DNA of 64,000 nucleotides from Obrimoposthia wandeli. Taxonomy: Eukaryota. Position 1 is the first letter of the stretch. Every line of letters begins with the position of its first letter. The stretch lies in contig CDROCS010000253.1 of NCBI GenBank assembly GCA_977020255.1, positions 1,550,001-1,614,000 of the forward strand, written 5' to 3'. Positions 41,085 to 51,094 of the stretch are shown here, in pieces. Below the pieces are notes generated by a model. The model was not told where the DNA came from. It worked only from the letters and a program-made list of their open reading frames with translations, and did no database searches. The translations under genes were made by a program, and so were the position numbers.

Positions 41085-42212
41085 TTAATCTAATTCTTTG
41101 AAAGGTAATGCCTGAAGACATTGCTGTTGATACGTTAACATACGCGCTTGCTCTTGTTTGCAAAAATTTTTAATTGCCTCTTTAAAAGCAGGATGTTTTA
41201 TCCAGTGGTAAGAGTGCGTTAATATAGGCTCGAAGCCCCTTTGAATTTTGTGTTCACCTTGAGTGCCGGGATTAAAACTTTTTAGCTTGTTTTGAATGCA
41301 AAATTCGATACCTCTATAATAACAAAGCTCAAAATGTAAATTATTATAGGCTTTAGTGCTACCCCAATACCGCCCATATAGTTGAGAGTCATCGTAAAAA
41401 AATAGCGCACAAGCAATATCTTCTTGCTCATCACTAGCAATGATCAATAAAACATTATCCGTCGAACTCGTTAATATTTGTCTGAAAAACTCATAACTTA
41501 AATGCGGTTGATGACCACGTTTTAAATAGGTAAGTTGATAAGTTAAATAAAAAAATTCAATGTCTTGTTGGCGTATATCATTATTTTTTAATTGACGAAT
41601 TTTAATACCTTGTTCAATGACCGATAATCTTTCTTTACGAGTATTCTTTCTTTTACGCGAAGTGAACATATCTAGGAAATCATCGAAAGATTCATAATCA
41701 CGATTAAACCAATGAAATTGCACGGTATTACGTTGATAAACATCCTCAGGTAAAACAGTATTTATTTCATCGCAATATAATATATGCCAGCTATTAATGC
41801 TTTCTTGTTGGCAATGTTCAATTAATGGTTCAAATAACTCATGCATTTGCAATTGCGAAGAGAGTAACTTATCACTCGTAACGGGTGTAAAAGGAATAGT
41901 AGCAACTAATTTAGGGTAATAATTTATGCCATTACGTTTAAAAGCATCAGCCCAATCCCAATCGAAAACATACTCACCCCAAGAATGACTTTTCAAATAC
42001 ATCGGCATGATCGCTGTCATTTCATTATTAGTTGTTGCGACTAAATGATGTGCTTGCCAACCTTGTTTAGCGCTGACGGAATGACTTTTTTCAAGGGCAT
42101 TAAAAAAATCATAATGAAGAAAAGGGCAAGATGAGTTATTTAATTTCTGCCAATTACTAGCACTTATACTGTCAATATTGTTAATAAAATCAATTTTTAT
42201 GTCGGCATTCAA
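41085..42212 (-). CDS. GNAT/FemAB-like protein (DUF482, peptidoglycan biosynthesis/recognition family)
   Basis: KSHSWGEYVFDWDWA, YYPKL, LYGRYWG, LHFELCYY and GTQGEHKIQRGF motifs. Confidence 0.88.
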   Translation of the reverse strand: MNADIKIDFINNIDSISASNWQKLNNSSCPFLHYDFFNALEKSHSVSAKQGWQAHHLVATTNNEMTAIMPMYLKSHSWGEYVFDWDWADAFKRNGINYYPKLVATIPFTPVTSDKLLSSQLQMHELFEPLIEHCQQESINSWHILYCDEINTVLPEDVYQRNTVQFHWFNRDYESFDDFLDMFTSRKRKNTRKERLSVIEQGIKIRQLKNNDIRQQDIEFFYLTYQLTYLKRGHQPHLSYEFFRQILTSSTDNVLLIIASDEQEDIACALFFYDDSQLYGRYWGSTKAYNNLHFELCYYRGIEFCIQNKLKSFNPGTQGEHKIQRGFEPILTHSYHWIKHPAFKEAIKNFCKQEQARMLTYQQQCLQALPFKELD

Positions 42213-42371
42213 TAGAGTATTGCTCAGTAGCTTATTGGTATAAATATACCCTCAAGGTTACCGCTTACAAGAAAATTATTAAAGGAGTTCTTAGCAATTA
42301 ACTACTTATTTTATTTTACTTAAGAAACGAAATTAACAGCAATATGCGAGCTAAAAAAATAATTTAATTAG

Positions 42372-43673
42372 CTAGTTAATAGGGAATGATAGGGTAAAGT
42401 TAGCACCACAAAGTTGTGTGCCGTTAGTTGCGCTAATACTCCCTTGATGCCAATCCATAACCTTACTACAAATTGCTAAGCCTAAGCCGAAGTGGCCTTG
42501 TTCTCGAGTTCTATTCGCATCGAGCTTTACGAAAGGATTGAAAATAATATCAAGCTTATCTTCACTAATGCCTTTACCGTCATCAGCTACGGTAATGGTA
42601 ATGGCATTGTGACTACTTTTTAGCAAAATAGTTATATTGCTGTCAGCATAACCAATAGCATTACTGATTAAGTTGACTATGGCGCGATAACACCAATGAT
42701 AATCTAGCTGATAGCTAAGCGCTTTCTCTGGGACAATGGTACTAATCTTTATGTCTTTTTGTGTGGCAAGTACTTGGCAATCAGTGATTGCGGAGGTAAT
42801 TAACACTTGAATATCAGTTTGTTGTTTTTTTAAATTTAAAGCTTGTCGTTCCATTGATGCATAATCGAGAAATATTGACGTCATCTCCTCCATACGGGTT
42901 AATTCATTATCCATACGGGTTAAATAACTATTTTTTTTATCCATTGAATTACTATCAATAGCTGCTTCTATGCCAAAGCGTAAACAGGCCATTGGTGTAC
43001 GAATGTCATGGGATAAACTACGAGCTAGAATTTTATTATCGGCTACCAGCTTTTCTATTTTTCCGGCCATGGTATTAAAGCTTTGCTCTAACATTTTAAT
43101 ATAGGAGAATCGGCTGCTAGCTATACGTGCATCAAGTTGTCCTGAGCCAATTTTAGCTGCTGCATTATTGAGTAAGTATAAGCGCCTTGTTAAGGGGATT
43201 AACCATAAAATCAAGATGCCGCAAATGCTTACATAGAGCACCAAGGTTAGAATAAAATTAACGTTGTTGTCGTCGATTTTTTCAACAGGTAGCTCAAAGC
43301 GTAAGAGGTAGTCAGGGTGATTGGCGATATTTTTTACTAAGTACTGATTGTGGCTTGAAGCAAGCAGTAGTCCTCCTTGTTGGTTTAACTCGGCCACTAA
43401 TGAGTTAGGTAAAGCGATGTTTTTACTTGAGGCTAAGCTGGCTTTTATTTGATAGTGCCGTTGAAACTGTTTAACTTTTTCGCTTAATTGCGAATGATTG
43501 AGTGAGCTAAGTTCACTCGATAGACCGCCGAGCAGCTGACGATAAACGGTAGTGCCTTGTGTCTCAGTTATTGTATCTTCAGTTGAATACTCTACTAGTT
43601 CGTCTAATCCCCAACCAATAAAAAATAGCGAGCCTAATACGGTAAAAATGATACTGATATAAAGACTGCGCAT
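42372..43673 (-). CDS. sensor histidine kinase (RstB-like)
   Basis: LSHDIRTP, NLISNA, DDGKG and GHFGLGLAI motifs; HAMP domain. Confidence 0.9.
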   Translation of the reverse strand: MRSLYISIIFTVLGSLFFIGWGLDELVEYSTEDTITETQGTTVYRQLLGGLSSELSSLNHSQLSEKVKQFQRHYQIKASLASSKNIALPNSLVAELNQQGGLLLASSHNQYLVKNIANHPDYLLRFELPVEKIDDNNVNFILTLVLYVSICGILILWLIPLTRRLYLLNNAAAKIGSGQLDARIASSRFSYIKMLEQSFNTMAGKIEKLVADNKILARSLSHDIRTPMACLRFGIEAAIDSNSMDKKNSYLTRMDNELTRMEEMTSIFLDYASMERQALNLKKQQTDIQVLITSAITDCQVLATQKDIKISTIVPEKALSYQLDYHWCYRAIVNLISNAIGYADSNITILLKSSHNAITITVADDGKGISEDKLDIIFNPFVKLDANRTREQGHFGLGLAICSKVMDWHQGSISATNGTQLCGANFTLSFPIN

Positions 43674-43675
43674 GG

Positions 43676-44416
43676 TTATTCTTTAATCTCGCACGCTGGC
43701 TTATCTTGAGAATTACCTTGCCAAGCATCACCAACAAATAGATAACCTTTACCCCAAATAGTTTTAAATTTTTGTGGCTTTTGTGGATCATCATTAAAGA
43801 GTTTACGTAAGGTAGATAACATCACGTCAAAACGTCTATCTTGGCCATCATACTCACGTTTTTTTAGAGCTTTAAAGACAGAGTCTCTATCAACAACATT
43901 ACCAGCATGCTGTGCTAGATAAGTGAGAAAGGCAAATAGACTTGTTGATAGCTCCACTTCTTTTCCCTGATAAAGCACCCGTTTTGCTTCTTGGTTGATG
44001 GTTAGCTCTCCAAAAACTAGCGGAGCATTAGGGTTGGGATCTGCTTTCTCATTATGGCTTAATTGACGGTTTATTCGTGCTAATAGAGCGCGTGGACGCA
44101 CAGGCTTTATTACATAATCATCAGCGCCAGCTTCTAAGCCTATCACTTCATCAAATTCATCGGCACGGGCCGTTAGCATAATTATAGGAACTTGTTTACT
44201 TTGTTTATGCTGGCGGATAAGGCGACATACTTCAATGCCATTTAACCCAGGTAGCATAACGTCAAGTAACACTATATCAGTGGTGTTCTTTTTGATTACC
44301 TCAAGTACGATATCACCCCGTGCAACATGGGTAACATTAAACCCTTGTTCGGTTAAATATTCACACACCCAATCAGCAAGGCTAATGTCATCTTCCACTA
44401 ATAAAATATTTTGCAT
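43676..44416 (-). CDS. OmpR-family response regulator (RstA-like)
   Basis: LVEDD, LLDVMLPG, GADDYVIKP and KTIWGKGY motifs. Confidence 0.92.
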   Translation of the reverse strand: MQNILLVEDDISLADWVCEYLTEQGFNVTHVARGDIVLEVIKKNTTDIVLLDVMLPGLNGIEVCRLIRQHKQSKQVPIIMLTARADEFDEVIGLEAGADDYVIKPVRPRALLARINRQLSHNEKADPNPNAPLVFGELTINQEAKRVLYQGKEVELSTSLFAFLTYLAQHAGNVVDRDSVFKALKKREYDGQDRRFDVMLSTLRKLFNDDPQKPQKFKTIWGKGYLFVGDAWQGNSQDKPACEIKE

Positions 44417-44474
44417 TTTTTATTCCTACAATTAAACTGGACGTTATTTGAGCGTTATTTTCAATAATCATCAG

Positions 44475-44900
44475 TTAAAAAAGTCGCCAGCGACGTTTAC
44501 GCGCGGTATTTTTATGCTGCCAACTTACTTCGACTTGAGCTTCGGCTACAATCTTATTGTTAACTTCTTTACGTAACTGATACTTAATGCTTTTGTTTGA
44601 TTCAAAGTCTATTTTTATCTGAACATTGTTACTGTTTTTCCAACACCCTAATTGTTTCTCTTCTCCTTCTTGATATAAACAAAAACTTTGTTTTGAAGGT
44701 GATTGCCATTGCAATTCTACGGTGGCAAAACAATTACGGCCTTGCCTTAATGTCACACACTGTTCGGGTAGGGCAGTAAAAACTACTTTAGTTTTGTTAC
44801 TTACCGTTAGCTCATTTGCGCTAACTTGCGAACACACGAGTAAAAAATAGATTAAGGTGGGGAAAACAGTGGCAATTACTTTGCCAATGTTAAAATACAT
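44475..44900 (-). CDS. DUF3019-like exported protein
   Basis: LPEQCVTLRQGRNC..WQ..CLY..CW pattern and a basic C-terminal RKRRWRLF. Confidence 0.75.
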   Translation of the reverse strand: MYFNIGKVIATVFPTLIYFLLVCSQVSANELTVSNKTKVVFTALPEQCVTLRQGRNCFATVELQWQSPSKQSFCLYQEGEEKQLGCWKNSNNVQIKIDFESNKSIKYQLRKEVNNKIVAEAQVEVSWQHKNTARKRRWRLF

Positions 44901-45846
44901 ACATCACTCCAAGTGTAACTTGGGTGACTTGGTTAGTATCAACTAAGGGACTGTCTTTTACATTATTTGAAAAAATACTGTGGGTGATGCCGGTATGAAA
45001 AGACCAACTTTCTGATACAGGGTATTGCGCATAAATCTCAGCTTGCCCTCTAAAGCCTGCACTAGCATTATATTCAGGCCTCGTTGCTAATACTTCATCA
45101 GCACTAACACCAATATAATAATTAATAATATCTTGGCTAAAATAAGTTAAACCAGCACCTAAATAGATATCCCAATTTTTGTAGGGTAATAAATAGCTGT
45201 AGAAGCTGTCAATGATTAGACCACCGACATGATTTTCGTTTTCATCTTCACCTGAACTGCCATAAGCAAAATCAATACGAAATAAAGCATCTTCAAAATA
45301 CTGAGAGTAACGTATCGCTGCACCTATGGTTACTTCACGTTCTTTTAATCCCACCAGTAACTCTGGGTCGCCACCGCCATACTCAATCAATGATTCAGAG
45401 TCGTAACCTTGCATATAAGCTTTTAGTATCAGGTCAAGTTGCCAGTTGTCTTCAATAAATAGTTGGTAACCTAGCTCAGTACCGCCAAGTAATACGTGGG
45501 AGCGCCTTTGATTGCTTTGTAAATAAAAGCCTTTGTAAGAAATATCAACCAACAAACCTGGCAGAAGATATTCTGATAATTTTTCCTGTTCAATGCCAGC
45601 TATGATTGTAGGATCATAGATCAATGAGAAATCCAGTAAAATCTGCCATTCAAACACATCTTTAATAACAGGTTGGTTGGCATTACTCTCTTGGCTGTCA
45701 CTGCCATCTTGCCCATAACTTAAAGCACTAAATATCAAAAAACTCATGGCAAGTAGCCAAGAAAAGCTTTGATTGTGTATTTGTTTGGTATTATTTTTTT
45801 TAAGGAACATAGCAAAGCACAAAGCGTATTTACAAAAAGTAATCAT
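44890..45846 (-). CDS. MipA/OmpV family outer membrane protein
   Basis: DISYKGFY, YYIGVS, YAQYPVSESW, VKDSPLVD and terminal YVF. Confidence 0.8.
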   Translation of the reverse strand: MITFCKYALCFAMFLKKNNTKQIHNQSFSWLLAMSFLIFSALSYGQDGSDSQESNANQPVIKDVFEWQILLDFSLIYDPTIIAGIEQEKLSEYLLPGLLVDISYKGFYLQSNQRRSHVLLGGTELGYQLFIEDNWQLDLILKAYMQGYDSESLIEYGGGDPELLVGLKEREVTIGAAIRYSQYFEDALFRIDFAYGSSGEDENENHVGGLIIDSFYSYLLPYKNWDIYLGAGLTYFSQDIINYYIGVSADEVLATRPEYNASAGFRGQAEIYAQYPVSESWSFHTGITHSIFSNNVKDSPLVDTNQVTQVTLGVMYVF

Positions 45847-45943
45847 ATGTTACCACGGGGTAAATGTTACTTGTGCTTAGCTGTTCATTTTTATTGTTTA
45901 AAAAGTGTAAGTAAACTTAAAGAGGTTAAATGATAATGCTTAA

Positions 45944-48049
45944 CTAAAAAGTCATTTTTAAACCGATATAGGGAAATACGCCAATATCTTCCTCACCTGA
46001 GATATTGTATTGGGCCAGACTGTCGTTATCACTAGGTTCATAGTAGTAACCTGAGACATTTTTCTGTGCCATGGCATTGATAATCGCCCAGGTCCATTTA
46101 GCATCATAGCCCCAATAGTTCGTCTTGTAATTCGCTTCTAAATCTAAACGATGATACACAGGTAACGTTTTTGCGTTTAACTCACCATAAGTTGGTAAGA
46201 AGTGATCATCATAGTCAGGATTTTCACGTAAACCAACAATGGGGGTGTATTTTGCGCCGTTGCGTAGCGTGAAGCGTAAACCAAAATCCCAACGTTCATT
46301 TAGCTCATAATTGACCACAATATTTGCCACCAAAGGGGTATCTAAGTAGTAATCCGCAGTGACATTGGTCAACTCATCAGTACGTTGACTTTGCGACCAA
46401 CTTAACGACGCCCAACCAAACCAACCATTATTACGTTCATGTCTAACTAGCCATTCAACCCCTTGTGCATCGCCTGAAGTATCATTGGTATAGTGTGAAT
46501 TAACATTCTCTCCGGCGGTATTTTCATCAACAGAGCGGGGCAATTCTGTTAGCTCTTTATGATAGATATCAAGTGAGGTGAACCAAGTGTCGTTTAAATT
46601 ATAATCAACACCTACTGAGTAGTGCGTTGCTTGTGGTGATTTGATATTTGGGTTGCCCAGCTTGTTTAACGCGGTATCAACGTCAGGAAAACGGCTATAA
46701 GTACCAGCCTTTGCTTTAAAGGTTAAATCATCAGTAGCAAACCAATCTAAGGCGAATCTCGGATGAATAAACAGCTGATCAGTATAATCGTTTCGTTCTG
46801 CTCTAAGGCCAACTGTTAGCTGCCAAGCATCACTTAGTTGCCAAATATCATGAACATAAATGGCGATATCTTCATCGGTAAGTTTGGCAACATCTTGAAT
46901 GCGATCTCCTTTGTTTTTGTTACAGTCGGCATCATTTTCTGTACAGTAATAGGGGATCATATCGAAACTGTAATCAACGTCTGATTTACTGTAGTCAAAT
47001 CCAAAACCTAACTTATGTTTATCAAGCCAAGTGATTTGTGATGAGAAACGCACATTATATGATTCTTCATCAACTTTGATAAATTGTCCTTGACCAAAAA
47101 TTTGGTCAGTTGTATTGACCGTATGACCTGCGACTAACTGCATGATTTTTTCATCATCACCATAGTATTGCCATGAAATACTTTGACTATCAAATCTGGT
47201 TGTTACTTTAAAGTCACCAACACTATCAGGATCAATTCGACCTTCTTCAGATGTTTCCGAAATATTAATACCACCAGTATCACTAGCTCCAGAAGCATTT
47301 AATGTAAGCTTGTGAGCATCACCTATTAACCATTGATATTTACCTTGGTAATCTTCACTTATTGGCGCTTTAAATACCGTATAACCTTCATCCTCTTCAC
47401 CTTCAGGTAAAAATAAGTGGATCTGACTACGACGATAAGACAGGTAAAAAGCTTGATCTTTAAAGGTTTCACCCTCTACCATAATGCCACTTTTGAGCAT
47501 GCTTAAATCAACGGTCGTAACTATGTCTTGCTGGCGTGGATCACGTAGTTGCACATCAAAAACACCACCAGTGGCATTACCATATTCACTGCCAAATGCT
47601 GCAGGATGTAAGGTGAAATCTTGAATTAGGTTTTCATTAAAAATGCTGTCGCCAAATAAATGGAATATGTAACTTGCAGGCATGTCATCAATGTAAAAGG
47701 CATTATCTTCGGGAGAAGAACCACGTACTGCAGGTGAGCCAGTATCACCGCCAGCATAAACAACGCCAGGTAAGCTATAAACGGCGCTTAAGGGATCATT
47801 ACCAATGCCTGCAACACCCATTAGCTGCTCAGTTTGTTCCGTCATTTCACTATTGGCTTGGTTACGTTTTGAGGTAACTTCGATAACTTCAATATCTTGT
47901 TCGGTTGTTTTTTTCTTTGCCGGTTCAACGCTGACCTTTTGTGCGTTTTTTTTTGAGTTTTCTTCGGATTCAGCCAATACCGTTATAGGCAGTGTCGCTA
48001 TTAGCATGAGAAGTGAACGTGCCATACAAGTGGTGGATGTTGCTTTCAT
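45944..48049 (-). CDS. TonB-dependent receptor
   Basis: Plug DPLSAVYSLPGV..PAVRGSSPEDNAFYID; AFGSEYGNATGG; terminal Phe. Confidence 0.9.
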   Translation of the reverse strand: MKATSTTCMARSLLMLIATLPITVLAESEENSKKNAQKVSVEPAKKKTTEQDIEVIEVTSKRNQANSEMTEQTEQLMGVAGIGNDPLSAVYSLPGVVYAGGDTGSPAVRGSSPEDNAFYIDDMPASYIFHLFGDSIFNENLIQDFTLHPAAFGSEYGNATGGVFDVQLRDPRQQDIVTTVDLSMLKSGIMVEGETFKDQAFYLSYRRSQIHLFLPEGEEDEGYTVFKAPISEDYQGKYQWLIGDAHKLTLNASGASDTGGINISETSEEGRIDPDSVGDFKVTTRFDSQSISWQYYGDDEKIMQLVAGHTVNTTDQIFGQGQFIKVDEESYNVRFSSQITWLDKHKLGFGFDYSKSDVDYSFDMIPYYCTENDADCNKNKGDRIQDVAKLTDEDIAIYVHDIWQLSDAWQLTVGLRAERNDYTDQLFIHPRFALDWFATDDLTFKAKAGTYSRFPDVDTALNKLGNPNIKSPQATHYSVGVDYNLNDTWFTSLDIYHKELTELPRSVDENTAGENVNSHYTNDTSGDAQGVEWLVRHERNNGWFGWASLSWSQSQRTDELTNVTADYYLDTPLVANIVVNYELNERWDFGLRFTLRNGAKYTPIVGLRENPDYDDHFLPTYGELNAKTLPVYHRLDLEANYKTNYWGYDAKWTWAIINAMAQKNVSGYYYEPSDNDSLAQYNISGEEDIGVFPYIGLKMTF

Positions 48050-48199
48050 TTCTTCCTTTCCCTGTTTTTTCTCGGTGTAACGTGCATTAGGTTTGGACTG
48101 ATTTTGACTAATGCTGATGTATAAATCAGTAACCTAAGTGTCTAAAAACTGTTAGAAAATGTAATGTAAGCATCTTGCAGCGGTTAATCTTTAAGGGAG

Positions 48200-48280
48200 C
48201 AACCCTTAATAAAAAAATGTGCCTTGATTATGATTCGCTCAGGTTTCCTGAAACGAGCATCTTCAAGTGGAGCGGGTATA
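48200..48280. repeat. partial ERIC-like repeat (right end)
   Basis: CTGAAACGAGCATCTTCAAGTGGAGCGGGTATA is nearly identical to 28707-28739 and similar to the termini of the 7608 element. Confidence 0.7.
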
Positions 48281-48416
48281 TACACCTTTTTAGTGTTGTA
48301 TTTAGCACTAATTTAAGCACGGGTATTACGGGCAGAATAATTAATTTTCAGTACAATGATCCAAAGTCATTAATCTTTTCTATACTTACAAAAACCTTTA
48401 TTTTGTATTACTGATT

Positions 48417-49427
48417 TTGATTAAAAAAAAATTAACTTTGTCTTTGGCCACGTTGCTTATATTCATCAGTGTTGCCTGGCTTTATTCAAATTTTGAATCC
48501 CATTGGCAACAGCCAAAATATTCTGTGACTATTGCTGTTTCAAAAACACCATTATCAACACCTTTCTATGTTGCTAAGGCGATAGGCGCCTTCGATGAAA
48601 CTTGTGTTAGTGTCGAATTTGACCAAGTGGTTGGGGGTCAAAGAGCGTTTGCTAAAGTAATGAGTGGTGACGTTGACTTTGGCACTAGTTCAGACTCAGT
48701 GATCGCTTTCCAAAGCTTGGAAAAAAAGGCATTTGTCACTCATGTAATGTTTGTTCAATCGGATAATGATGTAAAGCTCCTCACTAGAACCTCAGCAAAA
48801 GTCAACTCAACCATGGATCTAAAAGGGAAGGGGATCGGCGTAACTCAAGGTACCGCAAGTGAATACTTCTTAAGTACTTTGTTAGCACTTGAGGGCTTAA
48901 CTACAGAAGATGTAAAGCTTTATCATTATAAACCAGAACAATTAATGGATGGCTTTATAGATAATGAAGTTGATGCCTTTGTACCTTGGGAACCTTTTGG
49001 ATTTCAAAGCGCACAATTACTTAATGATCAAATTAAAATACATAACACTAAAAGCTTAAATACCTTAAGTTTTAATTTGATTTCTGTAACCGCAGATAAT
49101 TTACTGGTTAAAAAAGCAAAATGTATAATCCAAGGGCTGAGTATTGCCATTGATTACATTGCCTCTCATCCTAAAAAGTCTAAAAAAATCACTATGAATG
49201 AACTTAAACTTTCAGCTGAATTTATGGATTGGGTATGGTCTGATTATATTTTTAAATTAGGACTGAATGAGTCGTTAATCTTAAGTGTTCAATCCCAAGC
49301 CATTTGGGCTGTTGCGACCCAGATGACTCAATTTAAAGAAGTACCTAATATTGAGTACTTCATTGATAGTAGAGCTCTGTTACAAGTTATGCCTAATGCA
49401 GTGCAGATCCCGAATATAGGAAAATGA
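48417..49427 (+). CDS. NMT1/SsuA-type periplasmic substrate-binding protein
   Basis: KGKGIGVTQGTASEYFL and VDAFVPWEP class II binding-protein motifs; N-terminal signal/anchor. Confidence 0.8.
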   Translation: MIKKKLTLSLATLLIFISVAWLYSNFESHWQQPKYSVTIAVSKTPLSTPFYVAKAIGAFDETCVSVEFDQVVGGQRAFAKVMSGDVDFGTSSDSVIAFQSLEKKAFVTHVMFVQSDNDVKLLTRTSAKVNSTMDLKGKGIGVTQGTASEYFLSTLLALEGLTTEDVKLYHYKPEQLMDGFIDNEVDAFVPWEPFGFQSAQLLNDQIKIHNTKSLNTLSFNLISVTADNLLVKKAKCIIQGLSIAIDYIASHPKKSKKITMNELKLSAEFMDWVWSDYIFKLGLNESLILSVQSQAIWAVATQMTQFKEVPNIEYFIDSRALLQVMPNAVQIPNIGK

Positions 49428-50713
49428 TGATGAATATGAGCTTGACGCAACGAATCTTTTTTTTCACCCTCAGTTGCTGCTTGTTATTTGTCTTGCTACT
49501 TGGCAGTGTCATCTGGTCATCACAAGCGATAGAACTTGCTTTTAGTCGAAATCACTATGCGCAACAGCTAACTAACCAAACAAACACATTAAAACAGCTA
49601 ATCGCCAATGATAATATTTATGACAGTCATTACAATATTAGTGATTGGCAGGTGTTAGAGATAAAATTAACTGCTTTACTCAAATCATCTCCCAAATTAA
49701 CCGTACAACAACAGACTATCCAAAGCAGTCTTCAAAGCCAAAATGAAAGTTTAAAAAGTCTTTTTACCCTGATAAATAAAAATAAACTAAAAAATTCTAG
49801 CGGGGTAATAAAAAGTCATTTGAAAGCAAGGTTAATGACACAGCTAGAAGCTATTCGTTCAGATTCACTACAGCTATCCGCAATTGCACAAAAAGATATC
49901 TACAATACCATTAAAAATCAGGAGTTTTTTATTATTTCAGTCTCAGCGGCTAGTATACTCGCTTTGTTATTTGGTGCTTTTACCTTGACCTACATAGTAA
50001 GAAAATCACTGAATGAAGTTAAGTGTGCCTTTGAACAAAATCATAGTGGTCATTTCCAAAAAATACAGCTTTCTCATCACTCAGAAGAGTTTGATAGTAT
50101 TACTGAAGCGTTTAACCTTATGAATGAAAAGTTGAGTGAGACTACGGTCTCTTTAACCGTTATGAAAAAAATTGTTGATGAAAGAACACAGGTATTAGAG
50201 CAGTTATCTAATACTGACCCTCTCACTAAAGTAGCCAATCGTCGAGCACTGTTTGAACGTGCAAATATGGAATTTTCTCGTGCAATGAGAAGTAAAAATA
50301 AACTGACGTTACTGCTGTTAGATTGCGACTTATTTAAAAACGTTAACGACGAGTTTGGCCACTTATTTGGCGATGATTTATTAATACATATCTGCAAAAT
50401 TTGTCGACAAGAAATACGAGAGGTTGATTTTTTAGCCCGTTACGGAGGTGAGGAGTTTATTATTGTTTTACCTGATTGCGATATCGCTGGTGGTGTTGAT
50501 ACCGCTAAGCGTATTCAACAAACATTAGCAGAGCATTGTTTGGCAATAAAAGGTAAAGAGGTGTGCGTGACCTTAAGTATTGGGGTTAGCATGCTTAACG
50601 AAGGGCATCACAATTTAGACGAATTGATGAATGATGCTGATAAGGCGATGTATCAAGCCAAGGAAAATGGTCGTAACCGTATTGAAGTTCTCCCCGCGCC
50701 TAATCTGCACTAA
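49424..50713 (+). CDS. membrane diguanylate cyclase (2TM-HAMP-like-GGDEF)
   Basis: Two TM helices, DPLTKVANRR, REVD I-site, GGEEF; start overlaps the upstream stop (ATGA). Confidence 0.9.
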   Translation: MMMNMSLTQRIFFFTLSCCLLFVLLLGSVIWSSQAIELAFSRNHYAQQLTNQTNTLKQLIANDNIYDSHYNISDWQVLEIKLTALLKSSPKLTVQQQTIQSSLQSQNESLKSLFTLINKNKLKNSSGVIKSHLKARLMTQLEAIRSDSLQLSAIAQKDIYNTIKNQEFFIISVSAASILALLFGAFTLTYIVRKSLNEVKCAFEQNHSGHFQKIQLSHHSEEFDSITEAFNLMNEKLSETTVSLTVMKKIVDERTQVLEQLSNTDPLTKVANRRALFERANMEFSRAMRSKNKLTLLLLDCDLFKNVNDEFGHLFGDDLLIHICKICRQEIREVDFLARYGGEEFIIVLPDCDIAGGVDTAKRIQQTLAEHCLAIKGKEVCVTLSIGVSMLNEGHHNLDELMNDADKAMYQAKENGRNRIEVLPAPNLH

Positions 50714-50964
50714 AACAATGCAGATGATCCTCTAAGTCAGTTTTTGTATCTGAACTGCGCCGCAAAACAGATCGTTTTGTGATCTTGTTTGAGAAAATTT
50801 AATCTCACCTAAAACTGAGTGTGCATATTGATACAGCAGGAATGCTTGTTGTGTTTATATTTGAGCATTCCTTTTTTCCTATCTGATTTGGCTGCTACCT
50901 CAGATTATCGAGGAAAACCAAAATCAATTGAACTGTCATTTGTCAATTACAGCTTTACAAAAAC

Positions 50965-51028
50965 TGTAAAAAAGACTGCACAGACTGCTTCATAGTCATT
51001 TTATCTAAAGATCATAAAATATGATCTT
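50965..51028 (+). promoter_or_regulatory. TyrR-like box and palindrome upstream of the decarboxylase
   Basis: TGTAAA-AAAGAC-TGCACA at 50965-50982 (two mismatches to TGTAAA-N6-TTTACA); palindrome AAGATCATAAAATATGATCTT at 51008-51028. Confidence 0.4.
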
Positions 51029-51094
51029 AATCATATTGGTTGTTTAATAGCCCTTTAAAGTACAGAGATAAACTTTATAAGAGAGATTAAAATC

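Noticed and set aside
48175-48414. 79-aa plus-strand ORF
   Set aside because: Runs through an ERIC-like repeat and a promoter region; likely spurious.
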